From: Bacteroidales bacterium
GTDB taxonomy: Bacteria > Bacteroidota > Bacteroidia > Bacteroidales > UBA3824
DNA length: 64,000 nt
NCBI GenBank assembly: GCA_045628165.1
Contig: JAZQPB010000228.1
Location: 368-64,367 of the forward strand
Direction of reading: 5' to 3'
Shown: piece after piece, positions 1 through 8,642 of the stretch
Layout: every line of letters begins with the position of its first letter
How positions within the stretch are numbered: the stretch's first letter is position 1
The notes under the pieces: model-generated
Seen by the model: only the letters and a program-made list of their open reading frames with translations
Database searches by the model: none
Told to the model about the DNA's origin: nothing
Position numbers and translations under genes: made by a program

Positions 1-117
1 GACCTTCTCCGTGATTTTCTGGATGAGCATTACAGTGAGATGTCACGCACCACGCTGAGATACGCCATCGAGAAAATGGACGAGAAGGAAAGGAAGGAAT
101 GGCTTGAGAGGAAATAA
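1..117 (+). CDS. 3' end of a CDS entering from upstream (last 38 codons DLLRDFLDEHYSEMSRTTLRYAIEKMDEKERKEWLERK). Function not assignable; only a faint resemblance to C-termini of HEAT-repeat DNA alkylation repair proteins.
   Basis: Frame 1 is open from the window edge to TAA at 115-117 and is followed by a hairpin plus T-run. Confidence 0.45.
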   Translation, partial: DLLRDFLDEHYSEMSRTTLRYAIEKMDEKERKEWLERK

Positions 118-159
118 AAAAAATCCGGCAATATCATCACGATATCGCCGGATTTTTTA
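112..159. terminator. Bidirectional Rho-independent terminator between convergent genes
   Basis: Stem atccggcaatatc (123-135) pairs with gatatcgccggat (141-153) with 1 mismatch. An A-run lies on the left and a T-run on the right. Confidence 0.7.
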
Positions 160-263
160 TATAAATGTAATCACAGCCTCGGAGAGGCGTCGCAGTGCAT
201 AACCGTATGCGAAGTCCGCAGGACAGAGCTTACGGACCACGCAGTACGGATAACACAGATGCC

Positions 264-2258
264 CTACAACTGAATAGTAATCATCTGGAATGAGTAAGGC
301 TCCAACTTAACAGTCATCTGCTTAGCGGCCTTGAAGTCCTCTACCTTAGGAGTTACTGGCTGAGCGTCGTAGTTGTTCTCCATAAAAGGCTGACCCTGAA
401 GCTTTGTGATCTTGGCGTTTGGCTTTACATTGAACTTGCTGAGGTTAACCTTGGCATTTACAGCCTCTGGTGTTGCGTTGGCCATTTTCACGTAGAGAGT
501 CTTGGTCTTGGTGTTGAGAACAACAGAAGAACCTGTAAACTTGGCGTCGCCGTTCTCGATTGTAACGAGCTTGTCATAGAAGTACTGACCTGACGACTGA
601 CCGAACATCTGCTGTACATAGTAGCTGCAGGTGAGGTATGTCTTGTTGTCGTCGAAGTAGATGAGGTCTGGATCCCAGTTGGTGTTGTCTCTGCGGGCAA
701 AGAGTGGTGCGTATGATGTCATTACAACAACATCGGCATTGCGCTCCACGTGCATGAGGTAGAGAGCCTCGCCAAGGGCAGAAACCCACTTCTTATTGTT
801 GGCAGGATCCTGTGTGGCGTACTCACCGAGGTAAACCTTGGTCTTGCGGTTGCGTGGGTACTTGTCGTACTGACGTGAGAAGTAGAAGTAGTCCTTCTTC
901 TCGTAATAGTGCTCGTCGATGATTGGGAGACCAATCTCGTTGGCGAGTTTCCAGCCAGCCTCGTAGTCAGGATTGCCTGGGTGAGAGCCTGGACCTGCGG
1001 TACCTACAATCACGATCTCTGGGTGAGCCTTTGTGATGCGGTCGTACATATACTTGAATCTCTCTACGAACTCTGGAGAGATCTTCTCCTCGTTGCCGAT
1101 ACCGAGATACTTGAGACCGAATGGCTTAGGATGACCCTGCTCGGCACGGATCTTACCCCACTTGGTGTTTTCGTCGCCGTTGGCCCACTCAATGAGGTCG
1201 AGAGCGTCCTGAGTCCACTTCTCGATATCCTTCATATCGCAAACGTCCTGAGCCTGGTCTGGCCACATATTCCAACCGCCGTTGGTACCCTGGCAGCTAA
1301 CACCACAAGGAAGGATTGGCAATGGAGCCATCTTCATATCCTCGCAGAGCTGGAAATACTCGTAGTATCCAATAGCCATCGACTGGTGGTAACCCCATGT
1401 GTTTTTCTGCTGACGACGTGTCTCCTTAGGTCCGATAGTCTCCTTCCACATGTATGTGTTCCAGAAACCCTCGCCACCGCCGTGAACCACGCATCCGCCA
1501 GGGAAACGGAGGAACTTAGGATTGAGAGCCTCGAGAGCCTCGGCGAGATCCTTGCGGATTCCGTGGCCGTGGTATGTATCCTGAGGCATCAGAGAGATCA
1601 TATCAACATCGAAATCACCGACAGTCTCTGAGAGTACCTGGAGTTCTGCGTTCTGGCAATCCTCAGAAGCTGTGAGAGTGCACTCGTATTTCTTCCAGTC
1701 GTTGGTATTTACAGTGAAAATGCCCTCAGCGAGTACCTTTGGCTGCTTGCCCCAGCCCTGTGGCTGAACGATAGCAACACGGATCTTCTTGGCGTCGCCT
1801 GCCACATTGCGGGCAAAGAGAGAGAAGTCGTACTTGGCGCCATTCTTTACGCTCATGCCGTTGAATCCGGCGTTCTGGAGACCGTAACCTGGCTTGCCGT
1901 CAAACCATTTCTCACCGAAATCGCGTGTACGCTCCACGTGGAGACGCATATAGTTGGGATTGTTTGGGTGGATAGGATTCTGCTGCATTACAGAAACCAA
2001 TCCGAGGGCGTGACCTGGACGTGCCACCTTCCAGCAAGTACCTGCGCCCCAGCCGTCGCGCTCGCTCAGGTTGTACTCGAAAGAGCCGTTCTGTACGAGG
2101 TCTGCATTAAGTCCGCCATCAGCTGACATAGAAATATCCTCGAAGAAGATACCGATAAGCTCATCGCTGATAGCCTTGCCACCTGATGGAGGAGCCATCT
2201 GAGCGAAAACCGAAGTGCCTGCCAAGAGAGCGGCACTAAGCATAATTGTCTTTTTCAT
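264..2258 (-). CDS. Secreted alpha-L-arabinofuranosidase, GH51-like
   Basis: 664 aa with signal peptide MKKTIMLSAALLAGTSVFAQ. N-terminal NGSFE carbohydrate-binding-like module, LGIGNEE (acid/base-type GNE motif) and YLGEYA (nucleophile-type motif). Confidence 0.8.
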   Translation of the reverse strand: MKKTIMLSAALLAGTSVFAQMAPPSGGKAISDELIGIFFEDISMSADGGLNADLVQNGSFEYNLSERDGWGAGTCWKVARPGHALGLVSVMQQNPIHPNNPNYMRLHVERTRDFGEKWFDGKPGYGLQNAGFNGMSVKNGAKYDFSLFARNVAGDAKKIRVAIVQPQGWGKQPKVLAEGIFTVNTNDWKKYECTLTASEDCQNAELQVLSETVGDFDVDMISLMPQDTYHGHGIRKDLAEALEALNPKFLRFPGGCVVHGGGEGFWNTYMWKETIGPKETRRQQKNTWGYHQSMAIGYYEYFQLCEDMKMAPLPILPCGVSCQGTNGGWNMWPDQAQDVCDMKDIEKWTQDALDLIEWANGDENTKWGKIRAEQGHPKPFGLKYLGIGNEEKISPEFVERFKYMYDRITKAHPEIVIVGTAGPGSHPGNPDYEAGWKLANEIGLPIIDEHYYEKKDYFYFSRQYDKYPRNRKTKVYLGEYATQDPANNKKWVSALGEALYLMHVERNADVVVMTSYAPLFARRDNTNWDPDLIYFDDNKTYLTCSYYVQQMFGQSSGQYFYDKLVTIENGDAKFTGSSVVLNTKTKTLYVKMANATPEAVNAKVNLSKFNVKPNAKITKLQGQPFMENNYDAQPVTPKVEDFKAAKQMTVKLEPYSFQMITIQL

Positions 2259-2293
2259 TTAATAAGTGTTATTAATTAATAGTGTTAACTCTA

Positions 2294-2301
2294 CAAAGAT
2301 A
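2294..2301 (-). promoter_or_regulatory. Bacteroidetes -7 box TATCTTTG (TAnnTTTG) upstream of the arabinofuranosidase gene
   Basis: The plus strand reads caaagata, ~36 nt upstream of the ATG at 2258. Confidence 0.45.
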
Positions 2302-2334
2302 AGAACTATTTTCAAAATTAAAAAATTTTTAAAC

Positions 2335-2378
2335 CACAAAAAAAAATCCGAAGCCCTGCAAGTCCAGAACTTCGGATT
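2335..2378 (-). terminator. Rho-independent terminator of the 146-aa/133-aa gene pair
   Basis: Stem atccgaag (2346-2353) pairs with cttcggat (2370-2377), followed on the minus strand by a long T-run. Confidence 0.65.
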
Positions 2379-2505
2379 AATTATTGATAAGAGAGAATAG
2401 CGAGTATAATTACTCAAAATCCTTGTCAGTGAAAGTAAAGCGTATTGAAGTGGAATCATGCTGCTTGATTACTCTCCAATTCTGAGTGCAGTAAGGTGAA
2501 TGAAA

Positions 2506-2907
2506 CTATATCTCAAACCCTTCCAAAATACCAGCCTCCTTCTCTGACGCATATTGTTCCAGCAAGGCTACAATCACATCATCGTCTTCGTCCAATTGTT
2601 GCAAAGGGCCGTTCTTAGGATAAACATCCAAAAAGCCAACCTCTTCCCGATCCTTATACACCAAGTACAAAAGACGATACCCATCCTTACGCGATAGTCG
2701 GTGCTTCTTATCAGGCAACCTAAGTTTTATTACCACACGAGGTTCGTCTATCAACACCATATCATTGTTGATTCTAATTTGCTCTATAGGCTTACCTCTG
2801 AATTCCGACCTTATTTCGTCTTCCACAGTGGAATAAACTCCTTTCTTCACCTTTTTGAGAACCTCCAAACGGCTCCTAAAATATGCAATTGTCTGATATG
2901 TTATCAT
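2506..2907 (-). CDS. Putative RelE/HigB-like toxin-domain protein (133 aa) with an acidic C-terminal tail
   Basis: The segment RLSRKDGYRLLYLVYKDREEVGFLDVYPKNG resembles the GKSGGYRviY...v.ll..y.K core of RelE/HigB-type toxins. It has a 4-nt ATGA overlap with the upstream ORF and lies in an AT-rich islet. Confidence 0.35.
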   Translation of the reverse strand: MITYQTIAYFRSRLEVLKKVKKGVYSTVEDEIRSEFRGKPIEQIRINNDMVLIDEPRVVIKLRLPDKKHRLSRKDGYRLLYLVYKDREEVGFLDVYPKNGPLQQLDEDDDVIVALLEQYASEKEAGILEGFEI

Positions 2908-3344
2908 TGTTCATTAAGTATTTTATTGTCCACTTCTGACAAACGTGCAAAGGCAGCCTTAAGACTCTCGTTTCTGGGAGCCTTGATATTGAAATTAACA
3001 ATGTCAGAATTCACCTCGTAAAGGGCAGAATAATTCATACCCAATTTACGGGTTTCTTCCTTCAAAGATTTTTCTTTCAAAGTTTTACGACAAGTATCAT
3101 ACAAACCCTTTATTGTCTCAAGCAAGAGTTTGAATTGACCGCCAAAAACTTTATAGTCCTCTTCTGTAACTGTTCGCCACTGGGCATACAGCAACTCATA
3201 GAGATTGTCCAAATCCCTATTAAGCCTCGATAGCTGACTCACACGATAACCGTTTTGTGAGACAACCTCCAATCTGTGGTTATAGGTACGCTTGCTCATT
3301 CGCACCATATTCTCTGATATCAATGCTGTCTGACACATAATCAT
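2904..3344 (-). CDS. Hypothetical helical protein, candidate partner/antitoxin of the downstream ORF. The true start may be an internal Met (MVRMSK or MSKRTY).
   Basis: 146-aa ORF translationally coupled to 2506..2907. No family recognised. Confidence 0.4.
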   Translation of the reverse strand: MIMCQTALISENMVRMSKRTYNHRLEVVSQNGYRVSQLSRLNRDLDNLYELLYAQWRTVTEEDYKVFGGQFKLLLETIKGLYDTCRKTLKEKSLKEETRKLGMNYSALYEVNSDIVNFNIKAPRNESLKAAFARLSEVDNKILNEQ

Positions 3345-3367
3345 TTAAATTAATTGGTTATTCGTGG

Positions 3368-3375
3368 CAAAGATA
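3368..3375 (-). promoter_or_regulatory. -7 box TATCTTTG for the two-gene pair
   Basis: The plus strand reads caaagata, directly upstream of the 2904..3344 ORF. Confidence 0.4.
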
Positions 3376-3411
3376 ATAATTTACACAACAATAGGAAACT
3401 AAATAAACAAT

Positions 3412-3948
3412 TTATTTCTCTTCCTGTTTCTCCAAATCATCCAGAATCTCTATGAGTTTGCCCATTGGACGGGTGACCACTACCCTACCCGACTGGATGA
3501 ACTCGCGGACGTCGAAGTTGGCGGTAAGCTCGTCGAGGAAACTCTGAATCTCGTTCTGGAGGCCGGTTTTCTCTATCACGAAAAACTGCGGATCTATGGC
3601 GAGGATTCTTGCGTTGGAGGTTCTTACAAGCTGCTCTATTACATTGTAGTCAGGCACTGATGCTGTGGCCACTTTGAAGAGCGCAACCTCCTGAGCGATA
3701 ACCTGATTCTCCTCGTAGAGGAACGCGCGGAGCACCTCCACCTGCTTGTCGATAATCTTGCGGAGATGTTCGGCCACCTCCTGAGTGGTCTCTATGGCGA
3801 TACAGAACGAGTGGAAACCCTTCTCCATGGCAGGCGAGGTGTTCAGCGACTCGATGTTCACCTTGTGACGCGTGAAAATTATGGAAATCCTGTTGAGGAG
3901 TCCCACGTGATTTTCGGTGTATATAAGTAATGTGTATTTTCGCTTCAT
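3412..3948 (-). CDS. ilvN: Acetolactate synthase small (regulatory) subunit
   Basis: 178 aa with N-terminal ACT domain YTLLIYTENHVGLLNRISIIFTRHKVNIESLNTS. Located downstream of ilvB. Confidence 0.9.
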   Translation of the reverse strand: MKRKYTLLIYTENHVGLLNRISIIFTRHKVNIESLNTSPAMEKGFHSFCIAIETTQEVAEHLRKIIDKQVEVLRAFLYEENQVIAQEVALFKVATASVPDYNVIEQLVRTSNARILAIDPQFFVIEKTGLQNEIQSFLDELTANFDVREFIQSGRVVVTRPMGKLIEILDDLEKQEEK

Positions 3949-3992
3949 CTGTTATACATAAATTACGTCACCTGACGGTGACTTGTTTTTTC

Positions 3993-4184
3993 TTTATCCG
4001 AAAATTAAAAGAATTATAAAGAATGGAAAGAATATTTTTTGAACACGAATTACCACGAATGGCCACGAATTACCAAAAATTTTATCAATAATAATTTATG
4101 AAAAATTCGTGTTAATTCACGATAATTTATGTTCCTAAAATAATTCTTTTAATTTATTTTCCATTCTTTTAATTTTCGGATAAA
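3993..4184. repeat. Palindromic MITE/REP-like element filling the ilvB-ilvN spacer
   Basis: Perfect 22-bp terminal inverted repeats: tttatccgaaaattaaaagaat (3993-4014) and attcttttaattttcggataaa (4163-4184). Internal inverted repeat aacacgaatt/aattcgtgtt and three cacgaat words. Confidence 0.7.
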
Positions 4185-4217
4185 AACCCCAGCAACGCCG
4201 TAGGCGGTGCTTTACGG

Positions 4218-5924
4218 CTAGTTCTCCGGGCCGAGGCGCAGCTCATCTACTCCGGCGCCGGCGGGGATTACGGGATAAATATTGTCTTTCTGTTCTACCT
4301 GAACCTCAAGGAAATATGGACCCTCGCAAGAGAGCATCTCGCTGATGGCAAGCTCAAGGTCGGCCTGACGGGTAACCTTGCGCGCAGGGATTCTGTAGGC
4401 CTCCACAATTTTCACAAAATCAGGATTCTCCAAGACTCCGAAATAATAGCGGCTGTTGTAATAGAGGTCCTGAAGCTGTCGTATCATTCCAAGGAAGTTG
4501 TTGTTGAGGAGCACCATTTTAACAGGAATCTTGTACTGCATTATCACGCCGAGCTCCTCGATGGTCATCTGGAAACCGCCGTCACCCATGATGCAGATGA
4601 TGTCCTTCTGCTTTTCGGCAAACGACGCGCCCACAGCGGCAGGCAATGCGAATCCCATAGTGCCGAGTCCGCCAGAGGTAACAATGTAGTCGTCCTTGCG
4701 GTAGTCGAAATATCTTGCCGAGGCCATCTGATTCTGTCCCACATCGGTAACAGTGATAGCGCCCTTTTTCCTGAGGTCTGATATCGCCCTGACAACGCGG
4801 CCCATTCTGATAGGCTCTTCCACGGTATCGAGGTCGTGGTTGATAACCTTGCGCTGCTCCACGGCCTTGTACTCAGCCATTTTCTCAAGCCAGTCGGTGT
4901 GCTTTTGGGCGTTGAGAAGCGGCATCAGCTTATTAATTGCTGACTTGGCATCAGAGACAATGCCCACCTTTACATCCACCACTTTCTTGATTTCCGAGGG
5001 GTCGATCTCGATATGGATTATGTTGGCCTGACGTGCATATTTCTTCACGTTTCCCGTTACTCGGTCGGCGAATCGCATTCCCACGGCCAGAAGTACGTCG
5101 CACTTGTTGGTCATCTTGTTTGGGGCAAGATTTCCGTGAAGGCCCACCATTCCGGCGTAGAGCGGGTGCTCGCAGGGGAAAGCCGAGAGTCCGAGCATTG
5201 TGCTTGCCACAGGCATATCGAGTTTCTCGGCAAGAGCCAGAACCTCGTCCTTGCAGTCGCTGAGTAGCACACCGTGACCCACCACCATGAGAGGGCGCTC
5301 GGCCTTGTTGAGAAGTTCGGCAGCCAACTCTATATCAGACTGAAGCGGCTTCAGTTTCGGATGATAGCTGCGGATCTTGGTGCATTTCTCGTACTCGAAC
5401 TCGGCCAGCATTTCGGTCTGGGCGTTTTTGGTGATATCGATAAGCACAGGGCCCGGACGTCCGCTCCTTGCAATGAAGAAAGCCTTGGCTATAGTCTCGG
5501 CAATCTCGTCGGCACGAGTAATCTGATAGTTCCACTTGGTGACAGGCATCGAGAAGCCCACGACATCAGTCTCCTGAAAAGCGTCGTAGCCAAGGCTTCC
5601 GAGGTTTACCTGACCAGTAATGCAGACCACGGGAACGCTGTCGAGCTGAGCGTCGGCAATGCCCGTGAGAAGGTTTGTGGCGCCGGGGCCTGATGTCACC
5701 ATGCAGACTCCCACCCTGCCCGAAACCTCGGCAAAGCCCTCGGCGGCATGCACCGCGCCCTGCTCGTGACGTACAAGCACGTGCTGGATTTTATCTCTGA
5801 ATTGATAGAAAGAATCGTAGATAGGAAGGTTGCTGCCGCCCGGATATCCGAAAACGGTGTCAACTCCCTCCTCTATCAGCGCGCGGGTAAAAGCCTCAGC
5901 GCCTGATATGTCGTAATATTTCAT
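4218..5924 (-). CDS. ilvB: Acetolactate synthase large subunit (biosynthetic, ThDP-dependent)
   Basis: 568 aa. N-terminus SGAEAFTRALIEEGVDTVFGYPGGSNLPIYD and the ThDP motif GDGGFQMT...NN. Confidence 0.93.
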   Translation of the reverse strand: MKYYDISGAEAFTRALIEEGVDTVFGYPGGSNLPIYDSFYQFRDKIQHVLVRHEQGAVHAAEGFAEVSGRVGVCMVTSGPGATNLLTGIADAQLDSVPVVCITGQVNLGSLGYDAFQETDVVGFSMPVTKWNYQITRADEIAETIAKAFFIARSGRPGPVLIDITKNAQTEMLAEFEYEKCTKIRSYHPKLKPLQSDIELAAELLNKAERPLMVVGHGVLLSDCKDEVLALAEKLDMPVASTMLGLSAFPCEHPLYAGMVGLHGNLAPNKMTNKCDVLLAVGMRFADRVTGNVKKYARQANIIHIEIDPSEIKKVVDVKVGIVSDAKSAINKLMPLLNAQKHTDWLEKMAEYKAVEQRKVINHDLDTVEEPIRMGRVVRAISDLRKKGAITVTDVGQNQMASARYFDYRKDDYIVTSGGLGTMGFALPAAVGASFAEKQKDIICIMGDGGFQMTIEELGVIMQYKIPVKMVLLNNNFLGMIRQLQDLYYNSRYYFGVLENPDFVKIVEAYRIPARKVTRQADLELAISEMLSCEGPYFLEVQVEQKDNIYPVIPAGAGVDELRLGPEN

Positions 5925-5958
5925 TTATATGATTAAAAATTAAAAATTAACAATTGAC

Positions 5959-6251
5959 AATGAATAATTAATAATTAACAATGAGCAATTATTGTCTGAT
6001 GCTTTTACCTGGTTGGGGTGGCCCTTGTGGCCACTACACTGGTAACCGCTGGCATCGCCTGCGGGATTCAAAGTCGTGGTACCAATCTTCGCCTGAGGGC
6101 CCCCCTGTCTTAGACCCGCAGGCGATGCCAGCGGTTACCAACGTGCAGCCCACAAGGGGCTGTGCCTTTCCTCTTAAAACTCCCCAAAAGGAGTACCAAT
6201 CATCGTCTGACGACAAACGAATTGCTAATTGTTAATTATTAATTATTCATT
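5959..6251. repeat. Nested palindromic element between ilvB and mltG
   Basis: Outer 32-bp arms at 5959-5990 and 6220-6251 (1 mismatch). The inner perfect 25-bp stem ggtaaccgctggcatcgcctgcggg (6041-6065) pairs with 6115-6139 around a 49-nt loop. Additional local hairpins are present. Confidence 0.75.
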
Positions 6252-6256
6252 ATTCA

Positions 6257-7291
6257 TCACCTAATACCTCTCTGACTTAGTGCCTTCTGATACTCACGGG
6301 CATAGCGCAGATGCTGGTCGTAGGTTCGGGCGAAATTGTGGTAACCACTGAAATCGCTCTTGGCGCACATATACAGATAGTCGTTGTGGTCGTAGTTGAG
6401 CACGGCATCCAGTGCGCTCTGCTCGGCAAAGCATATCGGCGATGGCGGAAGTCCCGGATACTTGTAGGTATTGTATGGCGATTCCACCTCGAGCATCGCG
6501 TTTGTTACACGTTTCACGCCCCAGTTTCCGCAGGCGTAAACCACTGTGGGATCGCTCTGAAGCGCCATTCCGATTTTCAGACGGTTGAGGTAGAGACCCG
6601 CAATCTTGGGCTGTTCCTCTTTTTTCGACGACTGCTCGCACTGTACTATGGAAGCCAGGGTGCTCACCTGCAATTTTGTGAGTTTCAGTTGACTGGCCTT
6701 GCTCTCACGGTCGGCGGTCCAGTAGTCGCAATAGCAGTCGTGCATGCGCTCGATGAATTTCTCGGCCGAGGTGTTCCAGAAAAACTGGTAAGTATCAGGG
6801 ATAAACATGGCGAAACAGGTCTTGCTGTCGAAGCCGTATTTCGACATAAAGCCGTCGTCCTTAAGCAATTGCAAGAGATAAGTGCTGTCCACGTCTATCT
6901 GCTTGGAAACCTTCGACGACAACTGCTCCAGAGTCCTGATATTGTTGAAAGTGACATTTACAGGCTTCTGATTTCCGGAGCGGAGCATATTGATGAGGGC
7001 ATTGTTGCTCATGCCGTCGGTGATCTCGTAACGGCCGGGCTTTATCTTGTTGGGATAGTTTTTCCAATCGGCCACCATCTCGAGCATGGCCTTGTCCTCC
7101 ACGCGGAAATTGGCATACAACGAATCCTTTACCCGCTGATAATCAGCATCCCGGGGAATATACAGATACTTGGTGCCGTCCACAAAAATATTGGGTGAAT
7201 ATATCTTCTGATACATCACATATCCACCCACTCCCGCCGCCAGCAGAAGCACCGCCATCACAGCCAAGGCTATCTTTAGAGTCTTCTTCAT
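6257..7291 (-). CDS. mltG: Endolytic murein transglycosylase MltG (YceG family)
   Basis: N-terminal TM anchor KIALAVMAVLLLAAGVGGYV. C-terminal motifs YNTYKYPGLPPSPI and LYMCAKSDFSGYHNFARTY. Start placed at MKKTLK (the ORF track extends to 7318). Confidence 0.88.
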   Translation of the reverse strand: MKKTLKIALAVMAVLLLAAGVGGYVMYQKIYSPNIFVDGTKYLYIPRDADYQRVKDSLYANFRVEDKAMLEMVADWKNYPNKIKPGRYEITDGMSNNALINMLRSGNQKPVNVTFNNIRTLEQLSSKVSKQIDVDSTYLLQLLKDDGFMSKYGFDSKTCFAMFIPDTYQFFWNTSAEKFIERMHDCYCDYWTADRESKASQLKLTKLQVSTLASIVQCEQSSKKEEQPKIAGLYLNRLKIGMALQSDPTVVYACGNWGVKRVTNAMLEVESPYNTYKYPGLPPSPICFAEQSALDAVLNYDHNDYLYMCAKSDFSGYHNFARTYDQHLRYAREYQKALSQRGIR

Positions 7292-7375
7292 AAGAAACTG
7301 ATAAGTTTTACATTGCAAAGTTGCAAAAAATTTTGATTATCCGCAAAAAATTGTGAGGGGGGAGAAAATCAGATA

Positions 7376-7422
7376 CAAAAACCCATAGTACTCCCGACGC
7401 CAAGGCATCGTCGCACTATGGG
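7376..7422 (-). terminator. Rho-independent terminator at the end of the RM operon
   Basis: Stem cccatagt (7382-7389) pairs with actatggg (7415-7422), with an inner cgacg/cgtcg pairing and a T-run on the minus strand. It is preceded by a second hairpin, tgtcccc-gaag-gggaca, at 7440-7456. Confidence 0.6.
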
Positions 7423-7460
7423 TTAATGTAGGCTGCGCTTGTCCCCGAAGGGGACAGGGG

Positions 7461-8642
7461 TTATAAATAATTTACAAACTCACCGATATTCATTACCTTG
7501 GCTGTAAAAGTATTCTTTCCTTGATTATTGAGTTGCTCTGTATTATCAATATCCAACTCCTTACTACTGTCAAAATGCAACACAGCATAATACGGAGCAT
7601 GTTGAGCATCAAATCCTTTTGAATTTAATTCATCGGCAGTCCAAATCTGGAAAGTTGATTTTGTGAGTTTATATAAATGATGCTCATTATTATTGTGGAG
7701 CAAAACATATTTCAACCGATCGAAACCAGGTTTTACAAGCAATGAACCTTTCGATTCGCCAGCCCTCAAATAGCAAATGCCTTTCTCAATCATCAGCCTC
7801 ATCGTTTCGGGACGAGCATAGTTTACCATAACAGTACTTTCTGTATTGTTGTCCTTTATCCTGCGAAGCATTTCTACCCTACGCTCTTCGTTTTCAATAT
7901 CATTTCTACGACGAATACTCAGGTCGTAGAATTCCTGTTCTCGCTCTATTCCAACGAAATTTCTGCCTAACAAATTAGCTGCAATTCCTGTTGTACTGCT
8001 GCCTGAAAACGGGTCCAAAACAAAATCACCTGCATCAGTTGAGGCAAGAATAATCCTATACAGCAATCGCAAAGGCTTTTGAGTTGGATGCTTTCCACAA
8101 GTTTTTTCCCATTGTCCAACCGCAGGAAGTTTCCAAACATCTGTCATTTGTTTGTCGCCGTTCAAGAATCTCATTGTCCCATAATTGAATTTATGAGTTT
8201 TCTTTTCTGATTTTCTCGCCCAAATGATAAACTCTGTTGAAAAGTTGAAATATTTGCACGACAAATTTGGCGGAGGGTCAGATTTCTGCCAAGTGATAAC
8301 ATTCAGTATCTTGTAGCCCAATTCTGTAAGACAACTGGCTACTGCAAAAATATTATGGTAAGTTCCGCTAATCCAGATAGTTCCGTTTTCTTTCAGTTTG
8401 CCGCGGCAAAGCGAAAGCCATTTCATATTGAACTCATGGATATATTCAGGCGTACCACCTTTGTCCCAGTCGCCTTTATCAACGCATACTTGTTTACCAC
8501 TTTGCACACTGATTCCTCCGTTACTTAAAAAGTACGGCGGATCGGCGAAGATAGTTTGGAAACTATTGTCAGGCAAACTGGCAATAATTTCCATGCTATC
8601 ACCGAGGTGAAGGGCGAAGTTAGGGAAAGTGGTAGTGGACAC
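7461..8642 (-). CDS. Beta-class N6-adenine/N4-cytosine DNA methyltransferase (DpnA / M.MboIC-like second methylase) with an extra ~130-aa C-terminal domain
   Basis: Motif IV IFADPPY lies near the N-terminus and motif I LDPFSGSSTTGIAA lies downstream (beta-class order). The start abuts the stop of the REase gene. Confidence 0.85.
   Translation of the reverse strand: MSTTTFPNFALHLGDSMEIIASLPDNSFQTIFADPPYFLSNGGISVQSGKQVCVDKGDWDKGGTPEYIHEFNMKWLSLCRGKLKENGTIWISGTYHNIFAVASCLTELGYKILNVITWQKSDPPPNLSCKYFNFSTEFIIWARKSEKKTHKFNYGTMRFLNGDKQMTDVWKLPAVGQWEKTCGKHPTQKPLRLLYRIILASTDAGDFVLDPFSGSSTTGIAANLLGRNFVGIEREQEFYDLSIRRRNDIENEERRVEMLRRIKDNNTESTVMVNYARPETMRLMIEKGICYLRAGESKGSLLVKPGFDRLKYVLLHNNNEHHLYKLTKSTFQIWTADELNSKGFDAQHAPYYAVLHFDSSKELDIDNTEQLNNQGKNTFTAKVMNIGEFVNYL

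Noticed and set aside
909-1631. 240-aa ORF antisense to the arabinofuranosidase gene, plus similar antisense ORFs (6311..7198, 18642..19301, 22552..23514, 33004..33915, 35945..36823, 44544..45596, 46110..46829, 59564..60697, 62455..63123)
   Set aside because: All lie fully inside strongly supported genes on the other strand, and none has a recognisable motif. I treat them as compositional artefacts.
5981-6235. 84-aa and 60-aa ORFs inside the mltG-ilvB palindrome
   Set aside because: They lie entirely within the hairpin arms and occur on both strands, with no coding signature.
5925-6256. Classical leader-peptide attenuator upstream of ilvB
   Set aside because: I could not find a short ORF with consecutive Ile/Leu/Val codons. 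The structure looks like a repeat-type palindrome. This is not excluded without covariation analysis.
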